Below, in pieces: positions 25,598 through 37,240 of a stretch of 64,000 bases of DNA; position 1 is the stretch's first letter; each line of letters begins with the position of its first letter. The notes beneath the pieces were generated by a model. It was not told where the DNA came from. It made no database searches and was given only the letters and a program-made list of their open reading frames with translations. Source of the DNA: Mobula hypostoma (Eukaryota); the NCBI RefSeq assembly GCF_963921235.1, contig NC_086097.1, positions 90,460,001-90,524,000 on the forward strand. The letters are read 5' to 3'. The translations under genes and the position numbers were made by a program.

Positions 25598-27292
25598 TTC
25601 GATTGTGACCCCACTAAGGAGCACCAGGCCATTGTCTCCCACACCATTACCGACTTTATCTGCTCAGGGGATCTCCCATCCACTGCTGCCAACCTTATAG
25701 TTCCCACACCTCGCACTTCCCGTTTTTACCTCCTACCCAAGATCCACAAACCTGCCTGTCCTGGCAGACCTATTGTCTCAGCTTGCTCCTGCCCCACCGA
25801 ACTCGTTTCTGCATACCTCGACACGGTTTTATCCCCCCTTGTTCAATCCCTTCCTACCTATGTTCGTGACACTTCTCACGCTCTTAAACTTTTCGATGAT
25901 TTTAAGTTCCCTGGCCCCCACCGCTTTACTTTCACCATGGATGTCCAGTCCCTATATACTTCCATCCCCCATCAGAAAGGTCTCAAAGCTCTCCACTTCT
26001 TTTTGGATTCCAGACCTAATCAGTTCCCCTCTACCACCACTCTGCTCCGTCTAGCGGAATTAGTCCTTACTATTAATAACTTCTCCTTTGGCTCCTCCCA
26101 CTTCCTCCAAACTAAAGGTGTAGCTATGGGCACCCGTATGGGTCCCAGCTATGCCTGCCTTTTTGTTGGCTTTGTGGAACAATCTATGTTCCGTGCCTGT
26201 TCTGGTATCTGTCCCCCACTTTTCCTTCGCTACATCGATGACTGCATTGGCGCTGCTTCCTGCACGCATGCAGAGCTCGTTGACTTTATTAACTTTGCCT
26301 CCAACTTTCACCCTGCCCTCAAGTTTACCTGGTCCATTTCCGACACCTCCCTCCCCTTTCTAGATCTTTCTGTCTCTGTCTCTGGAGACAGCTTATCCAC
26401 TGATGTCTACTATAAGCCTACTGACTCTCACAGCTATCTGGACTATTCCTCTTCTCACCCTGTCTCTTGCAAAAACGCCATCCTCTTCTCGCAATTCCTT
26501 CGTCTCCGCCGCATCTGCTCTCAGGATGAGGCTTTTCATTCTAGGACGAGGGCGATGTCCTCCTTTTTAAAAGAAAGGGCTTCTCTTCCTCCACTATCAA
26601 CTCTGCTCTTAAACGCATCTCCCCCATTTCACGTACATCTGCTCTCACTCCATCCTCCCACCACCCCACTAGGAATAGGGTTCCCCTGGTCCTCACCTAC
26701 CACCCCACCAGCCTCCGGGTCCAACATATTATTCTCCATAACTTCCGCCACCTCCAACGGGATCCCACCACTAAGCACATCTTTCCCTCCCCCCCCTGCT
26801 TTCCGCAGGGATCGCTCCATACGCGACTCCCTTGTCCATTCGTCCCCCCCATCCCTCCTCACTGATCTCCCTCCTGGCACTTATCCGTGTAAGCGGAACC
26901 AGTGCTACAAATGCCCTTACACTTCCTCCCTTACCACCATTCAGGGCCCCAAACAGTCCTTCCAGGTGAAGCATCACTTCACCTGTGAGTCGGCTGGGGT
27001 GGTATACTGCGTCCGGTGCTCCTGATGTGGCCTTCTATATATTGGCGAGACCCGACGCAGACTGGGAGACCGCTTTGCTGAACACCTACGCTCTGTCCGC
27101 CAGAGAAAGCAGGATCTCCCAGTGGCCACACATTTTAATTCCACATCCCATTCCCATTCTGACATGTCTATCCACGGCCTCCTCTGCTGTAAAGATGAAG
27201 CCACACTCAGGTTGGAGGAGCAACACCTTATATTCCGTCTGGGTAGCCTCCAACCTGATGGCATGAACATCGACTTCTGTAACTTCCGCTAA
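25598..27292 (+). pseudogene. Disrupted Penelope polyprotein ORF
   Basis: In-frame TGA at 27023-27025 inside the GIY-YIG motif. Apparent compensating frameshifts near 26578 and 26790. Natural stop near 27292. The first ~50 aa of the tracked ORF lie outside the TSD. Confidence 0.85.
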
Positions 27293-27588
27293 TGCCCCAC
27301 CTCCCCCTCGTACCCCATCTGTTACTTATTTTTATACACACATTCTTTCTCTCACTCTCCTTTTTGTCCCTCTGTCCCTCTGTCTATACCCCTTGCCCAT
27401 CCTCTGGGTCCCCCCCTCCCCCTTTTCCTTCTCCCTGGGCCTCCTGTCCCATGATCCTCTCATATCCCTTTTGCCTATCACCTGTCCAGCTCTTGGCTCC
27501 ATCCCTTCCCCTCCTGTCTTCTCCTATCATTTCGGATCGCCCCCTCCCCCTCCCACTTTCAAATCTCTTACTCACTCTTCCTTCAGTT

Positions 27589-27624
27589 AGTCCTGATGAA
27601 GGGTCTCAGCCTGAAACGTCGACT
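27589..27624 (+). ncRNA. Minimal type I hammerhead ribozyme motif
   Basis: AGTC-CTGATGA(27593-27599)-AGGGTCTCAGCCT-GAAAC-GTC(27618-27620)-GACT. Confidence 0.8.
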
Positions 27625-29594
27625 GTACCTCTTCCTATAGATGCTGCCTGGCCTGCTGCGTTCACCAGCAACTTTGATGTGTGTTGCTTCAGAGGATCCA
27701 ACTCAGGACTCTACATGCTCTATGCTCAGAACTGGAGTGGAAACAAGTCTCCTTCAATGATAAAGGAACTTGATGCCCTGATGCAGGGTTTTGACCACTT
27801 TGCACTAATTTCTTTTTGTTTTCATTTTGTTCTTTCTTGTAAAATTTGTGTTTAATGTAAACATTTCACCTGAAGGTCATCACCCCTACATTTGCAGCCT
27901 TCCCTTTAAGGAGTTCCATTCCAGATTCTGTGCTTGAACCTTGGACCCTTGGCCTTCTGACTCGGAGATGAGGGAGCAGCATTCTGAGCCCGGATGTCCA
28001 GGCAGTTCACATGACCTTCATTCTTTAGTCAAAGATGTTGACCATCAACCATGGAGTATTTTCTGAACGCATTGCGTGTGCCTTCACAATTGGAGCCAAT
28101 CGACTGAATTTGAGTGATGAGTAAATGTCCTTTTCCATAGCATTCAGGTTGAATGAAGCTTTCTGCATTATTATAGGAACAATTCCCTCTCCCAGTGTAG
28201 AAAGCGGAGCGGTGTAAGTAATAGCAATATATTTTCTGTTGCATCTAGCCATTTGCTCCAAATGATGACGGAGTGGAGTGAACCAGTGTAGGAGAAAAAT
28301 AGCTGTGCAGTCAGTGGGGCATGGGTAAGAAAGGTTTATTACAGATTATTCATCATTCACAACAATATCTGAGGGCTACTCGGCAATATTTTAACCACCC
28401 CCCCTCCAAACTTCTAACTGGTTAGTCAATCATTTTACTTCCTTGTCATGTCCAAAATTCTAATTAAATTATTGGTAGGAAAGTTATGTGGACCAGAAAG
28501 CAAACACTTTAATAAATGATTACGGTGTACAATTTGAGGACAGAAGTTAGTCATCAATATTTTCGCCCCCAAAAATGTCCTACACAGTTAATCATTTTGC
28601 TCTCTTACAATACCCCAAACTTCAATTAAGTTATTGGTATGATGATTATACAGACCAGGAAGCAAACTGTTCAATACATGCTTACAGAGTACAATTTAAT
28701 ATCTAGTGTTCAGACACTACGATTTCATTTTATCCATCTGTCCAACCGTAACTGCCTGCTGATCGTTGCTTCTCATTACTCCTGCACTGCTGGTGTTGAG
28801 TATCATTTAAACGCTCAGAGAAATGACTGTCTTGTGATTTTTAAAAGGACTTTTAAAAACCTAAGGATGTGTCATATTTAGCAAAGCCACGGTATGGAAA
28901 ATGGAAGCAAAGAGAAAGCTCTCACACACAACGAGCTTTTGACAATTGAGTGGTACCTTTACAGCTTCCACAGCACTCTCTACCTTACCCAACTCAATCC
29001 CTGCAACTTTCTGAGAGTTTTTGATTGCTGCTGCATAAAAGAGTCAAAGTGTTTTCCGATTCCACCCCCAGTTCTAATAGCTTCTTTATATCTTCCCTGT
29101 CAAGTACTTCCAGCACTGACTGATAAAGTATCAGTTACAGAAACAAGAGGAAGCCCCCATTGTGAGCAGGCCTTTATCTGTGACCAAGCCGCTCTGGAGA
29201 GAAGATGCCAACACCTGCTCTTTTTATGCCCTATGTAATGTTGTAAACCACTATCAGGTCCCTCCCCAGCCTCCTCTGCTTCAAGGAAAACAAACCCAGA
29301 CTATCTAGTCTCTTCATCACTGAATGTTTCCATCCTAAATTACATCCTGGTGAATCCTCTCTGCGTCCTCCCCACTCTAATTATATCCTTCCTGTTGTAC
29401 GGTGACCAGTATTTCAGCTCTATACTAAGGAGTGTTTTATAGTTATATCATAACTTTTGTGCTTTTATAATGAAGGCAAATATCCCATATACCTTCTTTA
29501 TTACCTTATCTACCTGCACCACCATCTTAAGGAATCCTTGGTCTTAGATTCAATACTTCTTAAGACCCTATATTTGCCCAGTTGAATACCTTTT

Positions 29595-30062
29595 CTCCGT
29601 CTCCCTCTCCCCCCCTCCCTCTCCCTCCCCCTCTCCCTCTCCCTTCCCGTCCCCCTCTCACTCCCCCTCTCCCTCTCCCCCCCTCCCTCTCCCTCCCCCT
29701 CTCCCTCTCCCTTCCCGTCCCCCTCTCACTCCCCCTCTCCCTCTCCCCCCCTCCCTCTCCCTCTCCCCCCTCCCTCTCCCTCCCCCTCTCCCTCTCCCTT
29801 CCCGTCCCCTTCTCACTCCCCCTCTCCCTCTCCCCCCTCCCTCTCCCTCCCCCTCTCCCTCTCCCTTCCCGTCCCCTTCTCACTCCCCCTCTCCCTCTCC
29901 CTTCCCGTCCCCTTCTCACTCCCCCTGTCCCTCTCCCCCCTCCCTCTCCCTCCCCCTCTCCCTCTCCCTTCCCGTCCCCCTCTCCCTCTCCCTCTCCCTT
30001 CCCGTGCCCCTCTCACTCCCCCTCCTCTCTCTCTCTTACTCTCTCTCTCACTCTCACCCTCA
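29595..30062. repeat. Polypyrimidine (C/T) low-complexity minisatellite
   Basis: Reiterated CCCTCT and CCCTTCCCGTCCCC(C/T)TCTCACTCCCC units. The Pro/Leu and Arg/Gly/Glu ORFs here are artefacts. Confidence 0.95.
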
Positions 30063-30649
30063 CTGTCAGTCTCCTAGTCAGGTCAATGAATTGCCTTCGA
30101 TTACATGCTTTCAACTTTATTTAAAGATTGCTTCTGATGGACATAATTAAATACCTTTTGCAAGTTCATGTGCATAATACCCATAGACCTTCCCATGTGC
30201 TGTGCTTCTCAGCTCTTCCTGAACTTCAGTCAGGATACATACGTGGATGCTAGCATTCTCTTATCAAATTTAAATTTAGAAGGTGTTCATTCATTTTTAA
30301 AAAAATTATATATTCAAGTAATTTACTAGCAGCAGCTGTTGGCTAACTGGGCCTCTGTCCTGTTTTCTCCTTTCATTTTTCTTAAATAGCACGGTGGCAT
30401 GTGTCATTTTCAAAACCAATGGAATACCTACAAAATCAAGTGAAACTTTGAAGCTTATACTAGAGTTATCCAATTGTCCTGGTATCTCAAAACCCTCAGA
30501 ATGAAACCAATTCTTGTTTATTATTTGCCCTCTTCAGTTTCATTTCTACATTGCTGTTATTTTGCTCACATTAACTTTGTGATTCTGTGATTCAATATTA
30601 GGTTACCTAGAGTGCTACTGCTTCAGTGTAAATACTAATGTAAATTTAG

Positions 30650-32740
30650 AGTCAGGTTTAATATCATCGGCAAATGTGGTGAAACTTGTGAACTTTGCGG
30701 CAGCAGTGCAATGCAATACATAATAATAGAAATAAAACTGTGAATTACAGTAAATATATATATAATAGTTAAATAAGTAGTGCAAAAACAGAAACAAGGA
30801 AGTATTGAGGTAGCATTGATAGGTTCAATGTTCATTCAGAAATCGGATGGCAGAATGGGAAGAAGCTGTTTCTGAATCATTGAGAGTGTGTCTTCAGGCT
30901 CCTGTACCTCCATCCTGATGGTAGCAATGAGAAGAGGGCATAAATAATCTTCCAGAAATAGTAAGGGACAGAGGGTCCAGTGAGATGGAGGAACTGAGTG
31001 AAATACATGTTAGTAGGGAAGTGGTGTTAGGTAAATTGAAGGGATTGAAGGCAGATAAATCCCCAGGGCCAGATGGTCTGCATCCCAAAGTGCTTAAGGA
31101 AGTGGCCCAAGAAATAGTGGATGCATTAGTGATAATTTTTCAAAACTCGTTAGATTCTGGACTAGTTCCTGAGGATTGGAGGGTGGCTAATGTAACCCCA
31201 CTTTTTAAAAAAGGAGGGAGAGAGAAACCGGGGAATTATAGACCAGTTAGCCTAACGTCGGTGGTGGGGAAACTGCTGGAGTCAGTTATCAAGGATGTGA
31301 TAACAGCACATTTGGAAAGCGGTGAAATCATCGGACAAAGTCAGCATGGATTTGTGAAAGAAAAATCATGTCTGACGAATCTCATAGAATTTTTTGAGGA
31401 TGTAACTAGTAGAGTGGATAGGGGAGAACCAGTGGATGTGGTATATTTGGATTTTCAAAAGGCTTTTGACAAGGTCCCACACAGGAGATTAGTGTGCAAA
31501 CTTAAAGCACACGGTATTGGGGGTAAGGTATTGGTGTGGGTGGAGAATTGGTTAGCAGACAGGAAGCAAAGACTGGGAATAAACGGGACCTTTTCAGAAT
31601 GGCAGGCGGTGACTAGTGGGGTACCGCAAGGCTCAGTGCTGGGACCCCAGTTGTTTACAATATATATTAATGACTTGGATGAGGGAATTAAATGCAGCAT
31701 CTCCAAGTTTGCGGATGACACGAAGCTGGGTGGCAGTGTTAGCAGTGAGGAGGATGCTAAGAGGATGCAGGGTGACTTGGATAGGTTGGGTGAGTGGGCA
31801 AACTCATGGCAGATGCAATTTAATGTGGATAAATGTGAAGTTATCCACTTTGGTGGCAAAAATAGGAAAACAGGTTATTATCTGAATGGTGGCCAATTAG
31901 GAAAAGGGGAGGTGCAACGAGACCTGGGTGTCACTATACACCAGTCATTGAAAGTGGGCATGCAGGTACAGCAGGCGGTGAAAAAGGCGAATGGTATGCT
32001 GGCATTTATAGCGAGAGGATTCGAGTACAGGAGCAGGGAGGTACTACTGCAGTTGTACAAGGCGTTGGTGAGACCACACCTGGAGTATTGTGTGCAGTTT
32101 TGGTCCCCTAATCTGAGGAAAGACATCTTTGCCATAGAGGGAGTACAAAGAAGGTTCACCAGATTGATTCCTGGCATGGCAGGACTTTCATATGAAGAAA
32201 GACTGGATGAACTGGGCTTGTACTCGTTGGAATTTAGAAGATTGAGGGGGGATCTGATTGAAACGTATAAGATCCTAAAGGGATTGGACAGGCTAGATGC
32301 AGGAAGATTGTTCCCGATTTTGGCAAGTCCAGAACGAGGGGTCACAGTTTGAGGATAAAGGGGAAGCCTTTTAGGACCGAGATTAGGAAAAACTTCTTCA
32401 CACAGAGAGTGGTGAATCTGTGGAATTTTCTGCCACAGCAAACTGTTGAGGCCAGTTCATTGGCTATGTTTAAGAGGGAGTTAGATATGGCCCTTGTGGC
32501 TACGGGGGTCAGGGGGTATGGAGGGAAGGCTGGGGCGGGGTTCTGAGTTGGATGATCAGCCATGATCATAATAAATGGCGGTGCAGGCTCGAAGGGCCGA
32601 ATGGCCTACTCCTGCACCTATTTTCTATGTTTCTATGTTTCTATGTCCTGGGTGATGGGGGTCCTTAATGATGGACACCCCTTTTTGAGGCATCACTCCT
32701 TGAAGATGTCATGGATAGTATGGTGGCTAGTGCCCATGCA
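30650..32740 (-). mobile_element. Rex/Babar-type 3' fragment (30650-30941, 32645-32740), split by a CR1
   Basis: 'gaagagggcat|gtcctgggtgatgggg' rejoins when the CR1 is removed. Compare 45990-46035. Confidence 0.8.
30942..32644 (+). mobile_element. Young 5'-truncated CR1 LINE with uninterrupted RT domain
   Basis: 455-aa ORF 30985-32352 with all RT motifs (GVPQGSVLGP, FADDTK). One frameshift near 32320. (TTTCTATG)n tail. Confidence 0.95.
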
Positions 32741-33960
32741 TAGTTTTCTTATTTTAATTTACAGTTTCCCTGTTAACATCTTTCGATGGGCCCACATTGG
32801 TCTATCTTCTGTACACCCATCACCTATTGGACCCTGTCTCAACACTACACCCTCCTCCCCTTTATTCTGGCCGTCTCCTCTATCCACGAAGTGTCCTGAT
32901 GCAGGGTTTCAGCCCAAAATGTCAACAGTTCCTTACCTCCCATAAGTATTGCCCAGCCTGCTGAAACCCTTTGGAAGATCATAAGTTGCTCCAGATACCC
33001 GCGTCTGCTGTCTCTTGTGTCTCTCAGTTTGATTGTCTTCCTTTCCTAAAGCAAGGAAGGAGGCCCTTTGCCTCTTTGAACTCTGGCGGGGTCTTTGTGA
33101 ATTTGATCCAGTTGTTTCACACTCACCTTTTCAGCAGCTCTGCAATCAGTTTGCTTGGATTGCCTTGTTTATGATGTGCTATGCTGCTGCAAATAGCTAT
33201 TTTTCATGGCATTTATATCCAGTGTATGTGTGCCCATGAGAATAAACATGAACTTAAAGTATTTACTGAGCTATAATATAATTGTAAGAACAATCTTGCA
33301 TTGACTCTGACATTCCTTGTGGGTGTATTACTCGTGTTTAAGCCTTGATATTGCTTTGCCACCTTAATTCCTTCACCAGTTACTGAAATTAGTAGTAAAT
33401 TCTGCTCTTTTATTTGTTATTAATTTTATGTTGTCCCTTGTCTCCTGAGTCACCCATGGCTTTATTTTGACAAGCAAAGCTATTGGCTTCTTAGTTACAT
33501 GCTTCTTGTTTGAGGACTGCGAACAGATTTTCATGTTTGCTGTGTCTCATTGGTAAATTGGTTTGTACCCTGGTACAGCTTCCCTTACCTATTGTCCTTG
33601 CAGGTCAATTCACTTCAATGGAGCAAGGTAAGACAATAACAGAATGCAGAATACAGCATCACAACCTCAAAGGAACTGCAGTGCAGGTAGCCAGTAAGGT
33701 GCAAGGTCACCATTAGGTAGACTGTGAGGTCAATCGTCCATCCTATTGTATCAGAGAACCATTCAGTAGCCTTGTAACAGCAAGATAGAAGCTGTCCTTT
33801 GGCTTGCTGGTATGTGCTTTCAGGCTTTTGTATGTTCTGCATGATAAGACGGGGGAGAAGATAGAATGTCTGGGGTGGGTGGGATCTTTGATTATGCTGC
33901 CTACTTTACCGAGGTTGTAAGAAGTTTAGACAAAGTCCGTGGAGGGGAGGCTGGATAGTG

Positions 33961-34681
33961 CAGGGGTCCCCGACCTTTTTTGCACTGCGGACCGGTTTAA
34001 TGTTGACAATATTCTTTCGGACCGGCCAACCGGGGGGGAAGGGGGGTGTTCAAGTGGGGTTAAACTCACCTCAGCATGTCTTTTACAGTTAGGGTTGCCA
34101 ACTTTCTCACTCCAAAATAAGGGACAAAAGCAGCAGTCAAATCCCAGGATGCTTTACCCCAGAAAAGACTACCATGACCATGAAGCCTTGCGCGGGCACC
34201 TGTGTGTGCATGCGCGTACGTGCCGATTCTTTTCTCCCACAAATTGGTTTGCCTTCATCTTCCCGATTATACTGTACATACATTATTTCTACTTTATATA
34301 GGCTGTGTATTTATCATATCATTCCTACTTTTACTATAGGTTAGTGTTACTTATTTCCATTTTATATGTTATTTGGTATGATTTGGTAGGTTATTTTTTG
34401 GGTCTGGGAACGCTCAAAAATTTTTCCCATATAAATGAATGGTAATTGCTTCTTCACTTCACGCCATTTCGGCATGAAAGGTTTCATAGGAACGCTCTAC
34501 CTTAGAGGGGGAAATACGGAACAAACCAATTTAGCCCAATATACGGGATGTCTCGGCAAATATGGGACAGTTGGCATCCCTATGTTCAAGTTCAACAGTG
34601 CATGACAGGGAATGAGGAAAGGTGCAGCTGACTCATATTGTTTCCTCACATGCTTTGCGGCCTGGTGGTTGGGGACCACTA
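33961..34681. mobile_element. hAT/Charlie-type non-autonomous element, composite
   Basis: TIRs CAGGGGTCCCCGACC and GGTTGGGGACCACTA. 8-bp TSD GGATAGTG (33953-33960) and GGACAGTG (34682-34689). Confidence 0.85.
34055..34582. mobile_element. Second hAT-type element nested in the first
   Basis: 8-bp direct repeat TGTTCAAG at 34047-34054 and 34583-34590. Inverted repeat TAGGGTTGCCAACT (34090) and AGTTGGCATCCCTA (ends 34582). Confidence 0.7.
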
Positions 34682-35079
34682 GGACAGTGGATATTGTGAT
34701 GTGCTGAGCTGTGTACACAACTCTCTGCAGTTTCTTGAGATCACAGGCAGAGCACATGACATACCAAGCTGTGATCCAGACAGGATGCTTCCTATGGTGC
34801 ATTGACAAAAATTGATGAGGATTGATGGGCACTCGCCAAATTTCTTTCACCTCCTCAGGAAATAGAGGCTTTAGTGAGCTGTCTTGGCCACGGCAGCAAC
34901 CTAGACCAGAAAAGGCTACTGGTGACGTTCACTCCTTGGGACTTGAAACTCTCAGCCCTCTAGACATCAACCCTGTTGATATAAACAGAAGCTTGTGCAC
35001 AAGCGTATGTACATTGCATCAGAGCAACATACAATGTGGAAATGGAGTCTGTGATTCTTTGTGCGTTGATTTGTACAAA

Positions 35080-35440
35080 TCATCATCATTATGTGACGTG
35101 TTGTATGACATCATCATGAGGTCCCCATGTCGTATGACGTAAGTCATGGTCTTCCATCCTGGCAGATTTTTCTACAGGACTGGTTTACCATTGCCTTCTG
35201 GGCAGTGTCTTTACAAGATGGGTAACCCCAGCCATTATCAACTTCAATGACTGTCTGCCTGGTGTCGGTGATCGCATACCAAGACTTGTGATATGCACCA
35301 GCTACTCATACGACCATCCACCACTCACTCCCATGTCTTCACATGACCCTGAGCAGGGCAAGGGTGACCTGCAGGTTAGCAGAGGGAAGGAGCATCTTAC
35401 GCCCCCTTTGGTAGAGACGTACCTCCACCCCATCACCCAA
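35080..35440 (-). mobile_element. RTE-derived non-autonomous retroelement
   Basis: Minus strand has AGAAGGCAATGGTAAACCA (RTE 5'-UTR-like motif, from recall) and a (TGA)n tail at 35080-35090. Confidence 0.55.
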
Positions 35441-37091
35441 TTTATACTAATCCTACATTAGCCTCATTCTTTTGTTGTCTGCTTATTTCTATCAACTTCC
35501 CTTACTGCTCCCTCAAACAGTTCACCCAGTCAACCGACACAGCAGAGAGAACTTACAGTGGCAAATTCAGCCACTGTCGTACACACCTTTGTCCCCAACT
35601 GGAGGACCCAGAAGAAACACATGTAGTCTCAAGGGAGAATGTGCAGACTCCATGCAGCCGGGACCAGGGGTCAGGATTGGACTGGGTCTCGGGCGCTGTG
35701 GGGCAGCTGTACTGTCTGCATCACTGTGCTTTCCCACTTCTAGAATCTTTTGTTTGTTTTGCATTTCTCTAATTCTGACTCAACCCGAAGACAGGTACTA
35801 TTCAATATCGTTCATATCTTGTGCTCATTGACTTGGTCGGCCACCTTGACTAATTCCACCTTGCTGGGTTTGTTACTGTCACAGCTGGCCATAATTCATC
35901 CTCATTGCCAGCATAAATTCTGCGGGTCCCAATGGTAATGCTGCACATACTGTCCTCAGATGAACGAATAATGTCTCTCCACTCTTTATTACTTAGGCAA
36001 ATGCAAGGGAAGCTCATTCAACCTGATAAATTGTCCTTACATTTTAAAGCCTGAATCATATATTGTTCTTGAGCTGTTTATTTTGAACTCCAGATGTGGA
36101 TTTGCTCCAGAAGTCCAGATGTGGATTTGCACATTAGAAGCATCACATTTTGTAATACATTTCAGCCTTTCTTGAGATAAGGCCCATCATTCCATTAGCC
36201 TTCTTGATTGTTTTTTGTATCTGTCCACTGTCTCTTCTTGACCTTTTGGAAGTCCTTTGCGTGAGTCTTCCGTATGTCACCTTGGATAACATCTTAGAGC
36301 TATGTTTACAGCTTGCCTTCACTTCAAGTGAAGCTGTTTAAAGAGAATTTATTGTCAAAGCAATTGCAGTGCCAAACTTTTATTGTAAGCTGGAGCATTT
36401 GCAGTTAGCATGCATCAAAGCAGGTGATCTCGCTGACATTTGTCGAAATGTTCCAGTGGTTCAGGAGCGGGTGTGCAGCTAAAATCTCAGGAGTGATTGG
36501 GAACATTAATTATTTTGTGGAAACTTAAATAATTCCACAGGAATAGACTTATGTTCCACCAATCTACCAGCAGCTCATTTGGTTGAAGCATTTGAATTTA
36601 TGCCCTTCAGTCGCAAACAGCTCGGAAATGTCACAGTTATGATGCACCGTCTGATGTGTGCACTGGAACAAAATTGTTACTGTTTGTAGTGAAAGGAACT
36701 GCTTCCTTCACTGCAGAATCTTAGAGCACAGGATGCTTTTTCACTCATTGTTCCCTTACCAACCCTTCCTGAAGCAGCATGCTTACTAGAACCCTTCCCT
36801 TGCTCTTTTCCCATCAGTACTTCTCTTTTTTAAGTATATATGCAATTTCCTGTTTCCAACCCTTCCGCAAACCCTGAAACACTTCACATTCTGGATGATG
36901 TTAATTTAGAAGTACTCGCCCAGGTTGCCCTGCGGACTGATGTGGTGGACTGGATGCTGTGTTTCAAGCCTTCACCTTTGCTGCGGTGCTGGAGAAACAG
37001 AACGTTGAACAGTTTATCATAGCAACACGCTCTTCAGCCCACAAGGTTGTGATGAACTAATTCAGCTACGGACACCTAATTAAGCTACTCT

Positions 37092-37240
37092 GGCCAGTGG
37101 TGCAGTGGCACCAGTCACCGGAGTATGAGGTGACTGGTCCCAGGTTCGAATCCAGCCAGCTCCTTGTGCACTTTTCATCCATACTGGGTTGAGTGTTGAG
37201 CTAGCAGCTCATTAAAAAGCAGTCAAGTGCTATGAATGCC
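37092..37240 (+). mobile_element. tRNA-derived SINE head
   Basis: A-box-like TGGTGCAGTGG and B-box GGTTCGAATCC (37143-37153). No proper acceptor stem. Confidence 0.65.

Larger units (their letters stand above)
25598..27687 (+). mobile_element. Penelope-like retroelement, 5'-truncated (RT + GIY-YIG endonuclease + terminal repeat)
   Basis: LPKIHK, DVQSLYTSI, GVAMGT and RYIDD RT motifs. GVVYCVRCS*CGLLYIGETRRRLGDRFAEH is the GIY-YIG motif. 12-bp TSD TTCAGAGGATCC at 25586-25597 and 27688-27699. Confidence 0.95.
33620..34990 (-). mobile_element. Rex/Babar-type 3' fragment split by the hAT element
   Basis: Colinear with 5050-5560 on both sides of 33961-34681. Confidence 0.75.

Noticed and set aside
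25439..27025. 528-aa ORF as a host gene
   Set aside because: It is Penelope RT. The start lies outside the TSD, part of it is out of frame, and it stops within the GIY-YIG motif.
28141..28213. AG...GTAAGT-bounded 73-nt candidate exon
   Set aside because: The peptide is unrecognisable, the donor context is weak, and it links to no other exon.
29560..30124. Pro/Leu-rich and Arg/Gly/Glu-rich ORFs
   Set aside because: They are translations of a low-complexity repeat.
36089..36130. 17-bp direct repeat TCCAGATGTGGATTTGC twice
   Set aside because: Only two copies, consistent with a local tandem duplication rather than an array.
37092..37165. Possible tRNA gene
   Set aside because: A and B boxes are present, but there is no convincing cloverleaf and it continues into a SINE-like body.
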